The position numbers and the translations under genes are program-made. Below, piece after piece: positions 54,319-63,346 of a stretch of 63,346 nucleotides of DNA; within the stretch, counting starts at the first letter, position 1, and each line of letters starts with the position of its first letter. Origin of the DNA: an uncultured Bacillales bacterium (GTDB lineage: Bacteria > Bacillota_I > Bacilli_A > RF39 > UBA660); contig CANSPQ010000004.1 in NCBI GenBank assembly GCA_947648915.1, forward strand, positions 1 through 63,346. Direction: 5' to 3'. The notes beneath the pieces are model-generated. The model did no database searches and had not been told where the DNA came from. It was given only the letters and a program-made list of their open reading frames with translations.

Positions 54319-54394
54319 ATATAATCACCATTTTTAATATGGAAAAATGTTGTATAAAATATACAAAAAAGAACAAACTACAAATGGTGATGAC

Positions 54395-55216
54395 ATGAAA
54401 AAAATACTTTTAATGGTAAGTATTCTATTGCTAATAACAGGTTGTGGAGAGAAAGAAAAGAAATTGAATATGGAAAAACTTGGAAAGAAATTGGAAGAAC
54501 TTACTACCGACAAACTAGATTATATCAATTTAAATGATGTTATTGAAGAACCATTAGATAAGATAAAAATCTATAGTCAAGAAGAAATTGTCGAGCAACT
54601 AGGAATCGAAGCATCCATGTATCAGAATATATTTTTCTGCGAATCCTTAGAAGGCGTTAACACATACCTAGTAGTAGAACCGAAAGAGTCCGAAAAAGAG
54701 AAAGTGGAAGCTTTAATCGTACAATATTGGAATCAAAAAATTGCAGAGACACAAAATGAAGAAGAAAAAGAAAGCTATCAGAATCGGGTAGAACAATCTT
54801 ATGGAGAAAATTTAATTTACTTAGTTGGGAAGGATTGTAAGAAAAAACTAGATAAAATTAAAACTACAAAGCAAAAATTGTTTCCAAATCTATTAGTATT
54901 AGAAAAAACAGATTTAGAAAAACAACTGGGGCTTTCAATAGATGAAGTTGAATCCTACAGGTTTGCCATGTCCGATAAATTGGATCAAGTAGAACAATAT
55001 ATTATCATAAAATATAATAAAGAGTCAGAAGCGGACATTCGAAAAAAAGTACATGATTATTTTGAAGGATTAGAACAAGAGTGGAAAGTAAAAGATGACT
55101 CCAATTACCAATTACTTAAAAACCGTATGGAAAAAGAATTGGATCAATATTTGATTTATCTTGTTTCTAAAGATAACAAAAAAGCATATCAAATAATTGA
55201 AAATTTATATGAGTAG
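54395..55216 (+). CDS. Lipoprotein with an internally duplicated domain (possibly DUF4358-like)
   Basis: GGTGA RBS then ATG 54395. MKKILLMVSILLLITGCGEK lipobox. Two similar halves both end in ...YLIYLV(G/S)KD.KK. The family assignment is tentative. Confidence 0.6.
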   Translation: MKKILLMVSILLLITGCGEKEKKLNMEKLGKKLEELTTDKLDYINLNDVIEEPLDKIKIYSQEEIVEQLGIEASMYQNIFFCESLEGVNTYLVVEPKESEKEKVEALIVQYWNQKIAETQNEEEKESYQNRVEQSYGENLIYLVGKDCKKKLDKIKTTKQKLFPNLLVLEKTDLEKQLGLSIDEVESYRFAMSDKLDQVEQYIIIKYNKESEADIRKKVHDYFEGLEQEWKVKDDSNYQLLKNRMEKELDQYLIYLVSKDNKKAYQIIENLYE

Positions 55217-55264
55217 AATAAATCATGAATAACGACATACACTAAAACTATATGGAGGGATTAT

Positions 55265-55627
55265 ATGAATTTTAGAAATAATTTACTATGGAATGGTTTT
55301 ATGGATCGCAATGAAGTAGAAACGTTTAAGGCCGATATTTACGAATTCGAAAATGGTGAGTGTATTGAAATGGATTTACCTGGTTATGACAAGGAAAATA
55401 TGAAAATAGATTACAATAATGGATATTTGACCATTACTGCAACCAAAGCAGAAGAGACTAGAAATTATATTCACCAAGAACGCTATTATGGGGAATACAG
55501 TCGTACTTTTTATATAGGAGAGGTCAAAGAATCAAGTATTAAAGCAAATTTTCAAAACGGAATTTTAAAAATCACATATCCAAAAGAAAATACGCAACCA
55601 ATCGAACATAATATTCCAATTGAATAG
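55265..55627 (+). CDS. Small heat-shock protein (Hsp20/alpha-crystallin family)
   Basis: ADIYEFENGECIEMDLPGYDKENMKIDYNNGYLTITA...FQNGILKITYPK. Confidence 0.9.
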   Translation: MNFRNNLLWNGFMDRNEVETFKADIYEFENGECIEMDLPGYDKENMKIDYNNGYLTITATKAEETRNYIHQERYYGEYSRTFYIGEVKESSIKANFQNGILKITYPKENTQPIEHNIPIE

Positions 55628-55812
55628 ATACTTTTTGTATCTTTTTCAATTTTATATAATTTTAGAAATTGGTAGGGTATAATAGAATAAAAATTAAAAT
55701 ATGGTATAGCAAATTTTAATTATCTGTTTTATTTTTTAATACAAATATACTAAAACTGTCGTTTGTGTCAAGTTAACCTCTATGTTATAGTGATAACCAA
55801 GGAGGGATAAGT

Positions 55813-55986
55813 GTGGCAAGATTATTATATGGACAGGAACTAGAAAAATTTAAACAAGAATACCAAGTGGAAGCTTTTTCTATCATTATTAAAATAGATG
55901 ATATGAGAAAGACAGCTAGCTATATCATCGATGGTCAAAAAGAAATTAAAGGCAACTATGAAGTGCTAAAAAAATATATGGATTAG
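55813..55986 (+). CDS. 57-aa hypothetical small protein
   Basis: GGAGGG (55801-55806), 6 nt, then GTG 55813. MARLLYGQELEKFKQEYQVEAFSIIIKIDDMRKTASYIIDGQKEIKGNYEVLKKYMD. Below the 60-aa cutoff of the ORF track. Confidence 0.4.
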   Translation: MARLLYGQELEKFKQEYQVEAFSIIIKIDDMRKTASYIIDGQKEIKGNYEVLKKYMD

Positions 55987-56020
55987 ATCAATATAAAAAT
56001 CGCCAAAAAGCGATTTTTTC

Positions 56021-56311
56021 CTATTTTTTTCTAGATTGGTTATTCTGTGCAAGGTTTTGGCTTACAAGTGTATGAAATTCTTGAATTTTATCATATTGAG
56101 ATGCGATTCGAACTGGTGTAGTAGTGAATTGAACGGTATCTTCTTTTGCCAAATTCTTTACTGCTTCTAAAATGTCTTGGTTTCTTATTTGAGTTTGAAT
56201 TTGTATGATTTTATCTAGTAAACTATTATTAATAGGTTTATTTTCAAACATATCAAGTGCTAATAATTCAATATATTGCTGATAGGTTTGTTCTAATTCT
56301 AGTTTATTCAT
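56021..56311 (-). CDS. Hypothetical helical protein
   Basis: 96-aa ORF downstream of the ATP-grasp gene on the same strand. No motif recognised. Confidence 0.5.
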   Translation of the reverse strand: MNKLELEQTYQQYIELLALDMFENKPINNSLLDKIIQIQTQIRNQDILEAVKNLAKEDTVQFTTTPVRIASQYDKIQEFHTLVSQNLAQNNQSRKK

Positions 56312-56448
56312 ATGAAATCTTCCCTTTCTTTTAATTATATTATCATAAAGTAGAAAAAATGTATATATTTTAGTATGTATTTGCTTGGATTCATTTATAC
56401 ATAAATGTACTTTAAAAATTTATACAGTATTTATGATACTTAAATTTG

Positions 56449-57549
56449 CTATTTTAGTACTTTTATTGTATTTCGTTTTTTATTAGCTAATAAATGTAAG
56501 GCCTCATATCTTGCCTGTAAATCTAATTCTAAATAATTTAAATATCCCTTTATGTTTTGTGTTTGAGGAATCTTGATTCCCTTTACCCATGCCCATTCCT
56601 CAATAGCAGGAAATGCCTGATTTTCTAAATAATACCATTTGCCATCAAATTGATTGAGCATAAAATCAATACCACACATAATACCAAGTTCTCTATTGCA
56701 TTTTTCCATAATGTTTTTACACACTTCTAACACCGAAATGGGCAAACTCAAATTTGCTAAATCGAAACCATGTTCAGCCAAAATAGACGTTTTTTCTGAA
56801 GAATATTTTGGTTGTGAAAAAGTGATGTTTTCTCCACCAGAATAATAATTAAACATTTTTTGCGCATTAATAAAATATTCTGATTGAGGATTTAATAAGT
56901 TTTTTTCAAAGAAGCCTGCTAAATGAGTGTTATTTGCTGTTCTAATTGCATATTTTAAACTTGCTCCCATGATATCTCCAGATCCAGCTACTAAAACCCT
57001 TAAATAAGTCGCATATTTACCTGGATTTTTTAAAAATTGTTGACATATTGTACAATTAAAAGCGTCATTATAGTCAGAAATATTATAATAATTATGGTAA
57101 AATTTTCTAATGATTTCCACCTGTTTCGAAGTTTCAATCAAAAATTTATCTTGTCCACCATTTGTTAGTTCATTCTTGAAAACAGCGGGGAAAAAAGGAT
57201 TATTAAGATAATCTTTCAGAGGGAGAGAAAAAGGATAATTAAAATAATCTCCTGCGCTTTCAAATATTTTCTGGTCAAATAATTTTTTATAGACATCAAT
57301 CGAAATGTCCTTCCCACAAAGTGCTGTATTGTCCATTATTAGACAGATTGTATTTTCATCAATGTCTTCTTTATTATAAGTAATATTAAACCCTTCATTT
57401 TTAAGCGTTTCAACAAAAATTTTTCTTTTCTTGGAAATTTCGTTTTTCGCGTATAAATATTCAAAAGTATTTTTGATTGTAAAAAGGCAAGTGTTGCCAT
57501 TTAACCATTCTTTTTCAATGAAAATTGTAAAAATATTGTTTTCATCCAT
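56449..57549 (-). CDS. ATP-grasp fold enzyme of unknown specificity
   Basis: FPAVFKNELTNGGQDKFLI (P-loop-like), CQQFL....YLRVLVAGSGDIMGASLKY, NYYSGGENITF, GIMCGIDFMLNQFDGKWYYLENQAFPAIE. Their order and spacing match RimK/Ddl-type ATP-grasp proteins. Confidence 0.6.
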   Translation of the reverse strand: MDENNIFTIFIEKEWLNGNTCLFTIKNTFEYLYAKNEISKKRKIFVETLKNEGFNITYNKEDIDENTICLIMDNTALCGKDISIDVYKKLFDQKIFESAGDYFNYPFSLPLKDYLNNPFFPAVFKNELTNGGQDKFLIETSKQVEIIRKFYHNYYNISDYNDAFNCTICQQFLKNPGKYATYLRVLVAGSGDIMGASLKYAIRTANNTHLAGFFEKNLLNPQSEYFINAQKMFNYYSGGENITFSQPKYSSEKTSILAEHGFDLANLSLPISVLEVCKNIMEKCNRELGIMCGIDFMLNQFDGKWYYLENQAFPAIEEWAWVKGIKIPQTQNIKGYLNYLELDLQARYEALHLLANKKRNTIKVLK

Positions 57550-57688
57550 CCAATATCAAGCTCCTTTTTATCAATAATTGTTTTGTATTATAACAAATAT
57601 TCAAATTTAAAGCAATAAACTAAATAAAAAGAGCATTCAAATTTTAAAAATGAATGCAATCAAACTAAAAGTTTGTATGATACAATAA

Positions 57689-57765
57689 TGGTGTTCATGA
57701 TGAGATTTGAACTCATGACCTCTTCCTTCGGAGGGAAGCACTCTATCCAGCTGAGCTACATGAAC
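57689..57765 (-). tRNA. tRNA-Arg (anticodon CCG), CCA encoded
   Basis: The reverse complement GTTCATGTAGCTCAGCTGGATAGAGTGCTTCCCTCCGAAGGAAGAGGTCATGAGTTCAAATCTCATCATGAACACCA folds as a cloverleaf. Anticodon loop is CTCCGAA. Confidence 0.95.
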
Positions 57766-57809
57766 AATGAAATAAAAAAATCTTATTTTAAAAGATTTAA
57801 ATTTTTAAA

Positions 57810-57885
57810 TGGTGGACTGTTAGGGATTCGAACCCTAGACCCACTGATTAAGAGTCAGTTGCTCTACCAACTGAGCTAACAGTCC
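57810..57885 (-). tRNA. tRNA-Lys (anticodon CUU), CCA encoded
   Basis: The reverse complement GGACTGTTAGCTCAGTTGGTAGAGCAACTGACTCTTAATCAGTGGGTCTAGGGTTCGAATCCCTAACAGTCCACCA folds as a cloverleaf. Anticodon loop is CTCTTAA. Confidence 0.95.
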
Positions 57886-57965
57886 AAAACAAATGCAAAT
57901 ACAGTATAACATCTTTTTACTGATTTGACTAGTAGTTTCATCAAAAGATTTCAAAAATAATGTAA

Positions 57966-58565
57966 TTATGTCTTTTTTAGAGTACAATAACATGTTTTTT
58001 TAACCTTAAAATTTAATAAGTGGGGGAACAATTGTTCCTTTATGTTGTCCCAAATATTATTAGGTACTAAAATTTGATAGGTAATGGTTTCTTGATAATC
58101 ACTAGATAAAATCGTAACTTCTTTTAATAACAAATCCACCATTTTTTTATGCTCATAGGAAAATACAATATCGATTTCATGTCCTAAAACCATATCAGCA
58201 AAAGAAGCCTCTTTTAGTGCAGTAGTAACAGAAGTGGTATAAGCATGTACGAGTCCACCAGCACCCAATAAAATACCACCAAAATAGCGAACGACAATAC
58301 ATAAGATGAAATTCAGATTTTGTTTTTCTAATACATTTAAAATAGGCATTCCTGCTGTACCAGAAGGTTCTCCATCATCAGAGCACCGTTTATTATTCTC
58401 TAAAATATAAGCATAACAGTGATGTGTCGCATCTGGATATTGTTTTTTAATTTTTATTAGATGTTCATTCACCATATCTATGGTTGTTACTGGGTATAAA
58501 AAACATAAAAATTTTGATTTTTGTACTTCATAAGTAGTTGTAATGGATTGTGCGATTGAAAGCAT
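57966..58565 (-). CDS. yigZ: YigZ/IMPACT family protein
   Basis: GGTGA RBS then ATG at 58565. SKFLCFLYPV, HHCYAY, DDGEPSGTAGMPIL, RYFGGILLGAGGL. Confidence 0.85.
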   Translation of the reverse strand: MLSIAQSITTTYEVQKSKFLCFLYPVTTIDMVNEHLIKIKKQYPDATHHCYAYILENNKRCSDDGEPSGTAGMPILNVLEKQNLNFILCIVVRYFGGILLGAGGLVHAYTTSVTTALKEASFADMVLGHEIDIVFSYEHKKMVDLLLKEVTILSSDYQETITYQILVPNNIWDNIKEQLFPHLLNFKVKKTCYCTLKKT

Positions 58566-58630
58566 ACAAATCACCACTCACATTATAGCAGATTTTTAAA
58601 AATTTTGATATAATGAGTATGGTGATTTAC

Positions 58631-60412
58631 ATGAATGCAATCAAACAAAAGCTCGCACTTGTTCCCAATAAACCTGGGTGTTATTTAATGAAAAACAAAG
58701 ATGGTGTTATCATCTATGTTGGAAAGGCAAAAAAATTAAAGAATCGTTTAAGTTCCTATTTTAGAGGAACGCATACAGGTAAAACCGCAAAACTAGTTAG
58801 TGAAATTGTTGATTTTGAATATGTTGTAGTCGGGAGTGAAACAGAATCTCTCATTCTAGAAATCAACTTAATTAAAGAACACGATCCTAAATACAATATC
58901 TTATTACGGGATGATAAAAGTTATCCATATATTGAACTCACCAATGAAAAAATACCAAGATTACTTGTCGTACGTAGTCTAAATAAACGTAAAAACAAAA
59001 GTCGTCTTTATGGACCATATCCCAATGTGGTTGCTGCTAGAAATACCGTAAATCTACTCAATCGTATGTATCCTTTAAGGAAATGCAACACCATGAATAA
59101 AACACCTTGTTTATATTACCACATTGGGCAATGTCTTGGATATTGTAGCAATCAAGTAGAAAAGGGAACTGTTACGCAAATGGAACATGACATCATCCAA
59201 TTTTTAAAAGGAGACCATACATTAATTACCAAAAAAATAAAAGAAGAAATGTTTCAAGAAAGTGAAAAGATGAACTATGAAAAAGCCAAAGAATTAAAAG
59301 AATTATTAGATTATATTGAAATTACTCTAACCAAACAAAAGGTGGAGATTAAAGACAATATAGACCGTGATTTATTTGGCTATTACGTGGACAAAGGCTA
59401 TTTATCTGTGCAAGCATTTTTTATTCGCAGTGGCAAAATTTTAGAAAGGCATTCTGCTATATTCCCTTATATTGATGAAATAGAAGAAGAACTTACAAGA
59501 TACATTGCTCGTTTCTATGAAAAAAATTTCTTATTACCAAAAGAAGTTTTAGTACCAGAAATTGTTGATGCAGAATTGTTAGAATCCTATTTTCAAATTC
59601 CAGTGAGAAAACCCGTTAAAGGTGTAAAATATAAATTAATCGAGATGGCTGCTAAGAATGCTGAAATTGCTTTGAATGAAAAATTTGAACTCATTCAAAA
59701 GGATGAACAAAGAACAGTTGCTGCCAACGAAGAGTTAAAAGAGTTGTTGCATTTGGATAAACTAGATCGCATTGAACTGTTTGATAATTCCCACTTATTT
59801 GGGACGTTCAGTGTTTCAGGAATGGTTGTCTTTGTGAACGGAAAACCAAGTAAAAATGACTATCGCAAGTTTAAAATAACAGAAAACAGTAACGATGAAT
59901 ATGCAATGATGCATGAGGTGACTTATCGCAGATATTTTCGGGTTTTAAAAGATAATTTGGCAAGACCAGATTTAATTATTGTCGATGGTGGTATTGGTCA
60001 AATTCATGTCGTAAGAGAAGTGGTAAATAGTTTAGGACTTCCTATTATGGTAGTAGGTCTTAAGAAAAATGACAAACATGCAACTTCTAGTTTACTTGCA
60101 TTTGAACCAATTCAAGAATTGGAAATTGACCGAAAAAGCAATCTATTTTACTATTTAGAAAGAATGCAAGATGAAGTTCATAATTTTACGATTCATTATC
60201 ACAAACAAATTAGAAGTAAAGGCTCTTTAGAAAGTGTTTTAGATCATGTGGAAGGAATTGGTGAAGTCAGAAAAAAAGAACTTCTCAAAAAATACAAGAC
60301 GATTACGAGATTAAAACAATTATCGATAGAAGAGTTGGAAGAAATTTTGCCAACCAAAACCGCATGTCATTTATATGAATTTTTACAGAACTATGAAAAT
60401 GATAAAAAATAA
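58631..60412 (+). CDS. uvrC: Excinuclease ABC subunit C
   Basis: GGTGA RBS then ATG 58631. GIY-YIG (PGCYLMKNKDGVIIYVGKAKKLKNRLSSYF), UVR domain, RNase H-like endonuclease and C-terminal HhH (GIGEVRKKELLKKY). Confidence 0.95.
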   Translation: MNAIKQKLALVPNKPGCYLMKNKDGVIIYVGKAKKLKNRLSSYFRGTHTGKTAKLVSEIVDFEYVVVGSETESLILEINLIKEHDPKYNILLRDDKSYPYIELTNEKIPRLLVVRSLNKRKNKSRLYGPYPNVVAARNTVNLLNRMYPLRKCNTMNKTPCLYYHIGQCLGYCSNQVEKGTVTQMEHDIIQFLKGDHTLITKKIKEEMFQESEKMNYEKAKELKELLDYIEITLTKQKVEIKDNIDRDLFGYYVDKGYLSVQAFFIRSGKILERHSAIFPYIDEIEEELTRYIARFYEKNFLLPKEVLVPEIVDAELLESYFQIPVRKPVKGVKYKLIEMAAKNAEIALNEKFELIQKDEQRTVAANEELKELLHLDKLDRIELFDNSHLFGTFSVSGMVVFVNGKPSKNDYRKFKITENSNDEYAMMHEVTYRRYFRVLKDNLARPDLIIVDGGIGQIHVVREVVNSLGLPIMVVGLKKNDKHATSSLLAFEPIQELEIDRKSNLFYYLERMQDEVHNFTIHYHKQIRSKGSLESVLDHVEGIGEVRKKELLKKYKTITRLKQLSIEELEEILPTKTACHLYEFLQNYENDKK

Positions 60413-60437
60413 TTGTATTGTGTTGTAGGGGGATATT

Positions 60438-61085
60438 ATGGAAACAAGGAAGTTATGTTGGGTACCCAGTTTACAAGAATTAGAGGATGCGATTACATTA
60501 GAGGAATGGGGACCTTATTATTTGGATTATTACACATCTCATTATTTTAGTTGTGTGACTCAGATTGTCGAAACGTACTGGCAACAAATTTGTAAGGCCA
60601 CTTTAAATCCCGATGATGGAAAAATAGTGGTTTTCAAAGACGACATTAATGTAAAAGGTAGTTGGATCGAAAGACCGATTAGACCGCTCTATGCATCTGA
60701 TTTACAAAAACTAGGAAAACAGTTATCGCAACTACACACTTTTAAAATGTTAGAACAAATGGATTATTATAGTTTTCAAATGAAAAAGAATGAAGGATAT
60801 GAAAGACTATTCTTATTAGATGATTATAGGGGATTACAAGAAATAATCAATCTAAATGATACAATACAACAACAAAATTATGAGTTCATCAAAAAATCCG
60901 TTCATCAAAAAATGGTTACAAGGGTAAATTATTATGAAATAATTCGCCAACTATTGAGTATGAAAGAATGGAATAAAAAAACATTGTTACCAATGAGAGG
61001 AGAATATATTTCTTTTAGAACACTTGAAGAAGTAGACTCAATTGCGATAGAAAAACAGTTAACAAAGAAGAATTTAATTTTTTAA
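60438..61085 (+). CDS. Hypothetical protein
   Basis: 215-aa ORF with RBS GGGGGA. No motif recognised. Confidence 0.6.
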   Translation: METRKLCWVPSLQELEDAITLEEWGPYYLDYYTSHYFSCVTQIVETYWQQICKATLNPDDGKIVVFKDDINVKGSWIERPIRPLYASDLQKLGKQLSQLHTFKMLEQMDYYSFQMKKNEGYERLFLLDDYRGLQEIINLNDTIQQQNYEFIKKSVHQKMVTRVNYYEIIRQLLSMKEWNKKTLLPMRGEYISFRTLEEVDSIAIEKQLTKKNLIF

Positions 61086-61178
61086 AAACACATACGATAG
61101 TATTGAAATAAATTTTGGAAATACAATTGACATCTCATCAAAAAAAATTGTAATCTAATAAATAGAAGGAGTGTAAGT

Positions 61179-62450
61179 ATGTTTTGTGGAGAATGTGGAA
61201 CGAAAAATGAGAAAGGTGCACAATTTTGTGAAAATTGTGGTTCTAAATTAGTAGAAGAGAAACCAGTGAATCAAACCAAAAAGGTTTCAACTTCAAAACA
61301 AGTACCCAAAGAGAGTTTTGGTACAAAAGTCAAAAAAATGCCAATGAAAAAGAAAATATTGTTAGGAGCTAGTTTGATAGTTGTTGTTGCCTTACTTACA
61401 ACATTTACTATTATAAGTAATAAACTATCACCAAAATCAATTGCAAAAGATTATTTCCTTGCTGTTGTAAATGTCAATACAGATAAGTTATATCAATATA
61501 TGGATATTGAAAAAACGGAATTTACAAGTAAGGATATGTTTGAACAATTGGCAAAACGTGAGTTAAATGAAGACAACAAGAAAAAAATTTCCAATTACAA
61601 AATTGGTAAAGTAGAGAAAAATGAAAATGGTTTAACAGCAACTGTAACAATTACTTATGTAATAGAAGGTGATGATGAACCTGAAACTGTTCGCGTTGGT
61701 TTGGTTAAACAAAAATCAAAAAAATATTTCTTCTTTGATGATTGGCGCATTAGTAACAATATGTCAGTAATGGATACTACTAAAGATTATAAAATCAAGG
61801 TCTTAAAAAATTCTACAGTTACTATTGAAGGTGTTGCAGTAGATAAGAAATATATTGATACAGATGCTTCAAATGAATCTTATGATGTTTACAAAATGCC
61901 TACAATGTTTACAGAAGGCTATCAAATGAAGATTGCTTTACCTTTAGGGTTTGAAGTAGAAGATACTCTCTATGTATCTAATTACTCTAGTTCAGGGTAT
62001 ACATTTAGTCTAAATGAGGAAAAATTACCAGAAGATACAAAAAAACAATTGATTGAAACAACAAAAAAAGGATTACAAACACTATATAATGGAGCAAAAG
62101 ATCAAAAATCGTTTGATGATATTAAAAGTGAATTTGAATATGAAGGTGCCGATTTAAGCAATCTGAAAAAAACATATGAATCCTTAAGTAAAAGTTTATC
62201 TAATTCTGATTTAAGTGCAATTGAATTTACGGAAATTGAATTGGATTCTTTCACTACAACGGATAAAGGTTTTAGAGCTTATATTGATACAGATTATAAA
62301 TATACTGTTTCTTATACTTCCGGTAGTGAAGCCAAAACACATGATAGCAAGAGTTCAGATTCTATGACAATCTATTATGCATATCATGATAATGCATTCA
62401 AGATTACAGATGCTGGTAGTCTGGTTACATATTTTTCAAGATATTATTAG
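61179..62450 (+). CDS. Zinc-ribbon, single-pass membrane protein with large extracytoplasmic domain
   Basis: MFCGECGTKNEKGAQFCENCGSKL, a basic linker, TM ILLGASLIVVVALLTTFTII, then about 340 aa outside. Confidence 0.7.
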   Translation: MFCGECGTKNEKGAQFCENCGSKLVEEKPVNQTKKVSTSKQVPKESFGTKVKKMPMKKKILLGASLIVVVALLTTFTIISNKLSPKSIAKDYFLAVVNVNTDKLYQYMDIEKTEFTSKDMFEQLAKRELNEDNKKKISNYKIGKVEKNENGLTATVTITYVIEGDDEPETVRVGLVKQKSKKYFFFDDWRISNNMSVMDTTKDYKIKVLKNSTVTIEGVAVDKKYIDTDASNESYDVYKMPTMFTEGYQMKIALPLGFEVEDTLYVSNYSSSGYTFSLNEEKLPEDTKKQLIETTKKGLQTLYNGAKDQKSFDDIKSEFEYEGADLSNLKKTYESLSKSLSNSDLSAIEFTEIELDSFTTTDKGFRAYIDTDYKYTVSYTSGSEAKTHDSKSSDSMTIYYAYHDNAFKITDAGSLVTYFSRYY

Positions 62451-62465
62451 AAAGAGGGAAATAAA

Positions 62466-63221
62466 ATGGCAAAATTTTGTACAAAATGTGGAAAAGAATT
62501 AGTAGATGGAAAAGCATGCAGTTGTAGTTCAAAAAAGGAAGAGACTGTTGTTGTTACATCAAATGGAGTGAATTTTAAAGAAAGTTGCATGGACTGTGTA
62601 AATGTGTTCAAAAATATTTTTACAAGACCTTTTAATGCAATTAAGGAATTTGTTTGTGAACATAAATATTTTGCAGGAATTATATTAATCTTATTGGTGG
62701 CAATCTCTAGTGGGTTATATAAAATTGCAGTTTTAAAGAATATGTATTCTTCAACTTCTCCAGATGCTTTTAATGCAAATGATCTTTTAGGGATTCTAGG
62801 TGGAGCATTAACTGGTGATTTAGGTTTTGGAGCACCTAACTATATGAAGGAGTTCTTTACTACTTTCGCTACGAGTTTAGCAGAGTATGCATTAATCGTA
62901 TTCATTGGATACTTAATTATTGCAAAATTATTCAAAGGAAAAGCTACATGGAAAAATATGATTACAGTTGTAGCAATTGGTTTATCAGTTGTTCTTGTTG
63001 GAAATGTAATCAATTCTATTCTTGTATTTATTGATGGAGAATTTATTGGTAATATTAGAAGTTATATTGCATCATTTGCATCTATTATGAGCATGTTAAT
63101 ACTATATGGTGCAGTGAAAGAAGTAGCCGAAATCGATAAGAATAAATTATTTGTTACCGTTGCTTCTATGTCTGTATTGGCAACTGTAGTAATTGATGTT
63201 GCTAAGAAAATATTTAAGTAA
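62466..63221 (+). CDS. Zinc-ribbon protein fused to a Yip1-like polytopic membrane domain
   Basis: MAKFCTKCGKELVDGKACSC, then about 5 TM segments. Confidence 0.6.
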   Translation: MAKFCTKCGKELVDGKACSCSSKKEETVVVTSNGVNFKESCMDCVNVFKNIFTRPFNAIKEFVCEHKYFAGIILILLVAISSGLYKIAVLKNMYSSTSPDAFNANDLLGILGGALTGDLGFGAPNYMKEFFTTFATSLAEYALIVFIGYLIIAKLFKGKATWKNMITVVAIGLSVVLVGNVINSILVFIDGEFIGNIRSYIASFASIMSMLILYGAVKEVAEIDKNKLFVTVASMSVLATVVIDVAKKIFK

Positions 63222-63292
63222 GTTAAATTTAAGTTAGAAAAGTATTGTCAAAAACAAGCAATTATGTTATTATTATATTGCTTGTTTGAAAT

Positions 63293-63346
63293 GGCGCTGT
63301 AGCTCAGTTGGCTAGAGCAATCGGTTCATACCCGATAGGTCGAGAG
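63293..63346 (+). tRNA. 5' part of a tRNA with CAU anticodon (elongator tRNA-Met-like); continues beyond the window
   Basis: GGCGCTGTAGCTCAGTTGGCTAGAGCAATCGGTTCATACCCGATAGGTCGAGAG has anticodon loop TTCATAC. It closely resembles B. subtilis elongator tRNA-Met as I recall it. An Ile2 (lysidine) identity cannot be excluded. Confidence 0.85.

Noticed and set aside
57673-57879. 68-aa + strand ORF.
   Set aside because: It is the antisense of two canonical tRNA genes (Arg-CCG and Lys-CUU).
1-63346. CRISPR arrays, rRNA genes, intact IS elements or transposons, and integrases.
   Set aside because: I found no regularly spaced short repeats, rRNA-like sequence, terminal inverted repeats with a transposase, or recombinase motifs while reading both strands. 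The only mobile-element-like items are the Rpn-family gene and its remnant.

Overview
AT-rich (about 30% G+C by eye) Firmicutes chromosomal segment with almost all genes on the + strand. Gene content and order suggest a spore-forming Bacilli/Erysipelotrichia-like organism: radC-mreC-mreD-spoIVFA/FB-like-rplU-prp-rpmA-X-obg as in Bacillus subtilis, plus a clear CotE homologue. This taxonomic guess is low confidence. Layout: (1) 1-5.2 kb, two paralogous secreted ChW-repeat proteins with recent internal tandem duplications. (2) 5.3-20.6 kb, a surface-polysaccharide locus with priming transferase, GT4, GT2, radical SAM enzyme, Wzy-GT4 fusion, Wzx, two acyltransferases, a decayed epimerase and two LCP ligases. 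An MqsR-like/MqsA-Panacea toxin-antitoxin pair sits between the two LCP genes. (3) 20.7-33 kb, an Rpn-type nuclease gene, tandem membrane-protein paralogues, and cell-shape, sporulation-protease, ribosomal-protein, obg, truB and nifS-like genes. (4) 33-40 kb, an OmpR/HK two-component system and an ABC/FtsX exporter that share an ATGAC-N6-GTCAT operator, split by a four-ORF operon of unknown function. (5) 40-43 kb, an Rpn remnant, an orphan Cys-rich protein, and a roughly 610-nt GC-rich ORF-free structured RNA followed by a 4-TM protein. I interpret this last pair as an OLE RNA/OapA-like locus, and it is the most striking element in the window. (6) 43-63 kb, cotE, rpsP, a cell-wall cluster with a membrane-anchored MurF-like ligase and a long Ddl, an XRE/XRE/mini-kinase islet, an amber-interrupted FAD/Rieske oxidoreductase, hsp20, an orphan ATP-grasp gene, two tRNAs, yigZ, uvrC, zinc-ribbon membrane proteins and the start of a tRNA(CAU). 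I saw no CRISPR array, rRNA, integrase or intact transposon. All family calls rest on motif recognition by eye, with no database search.
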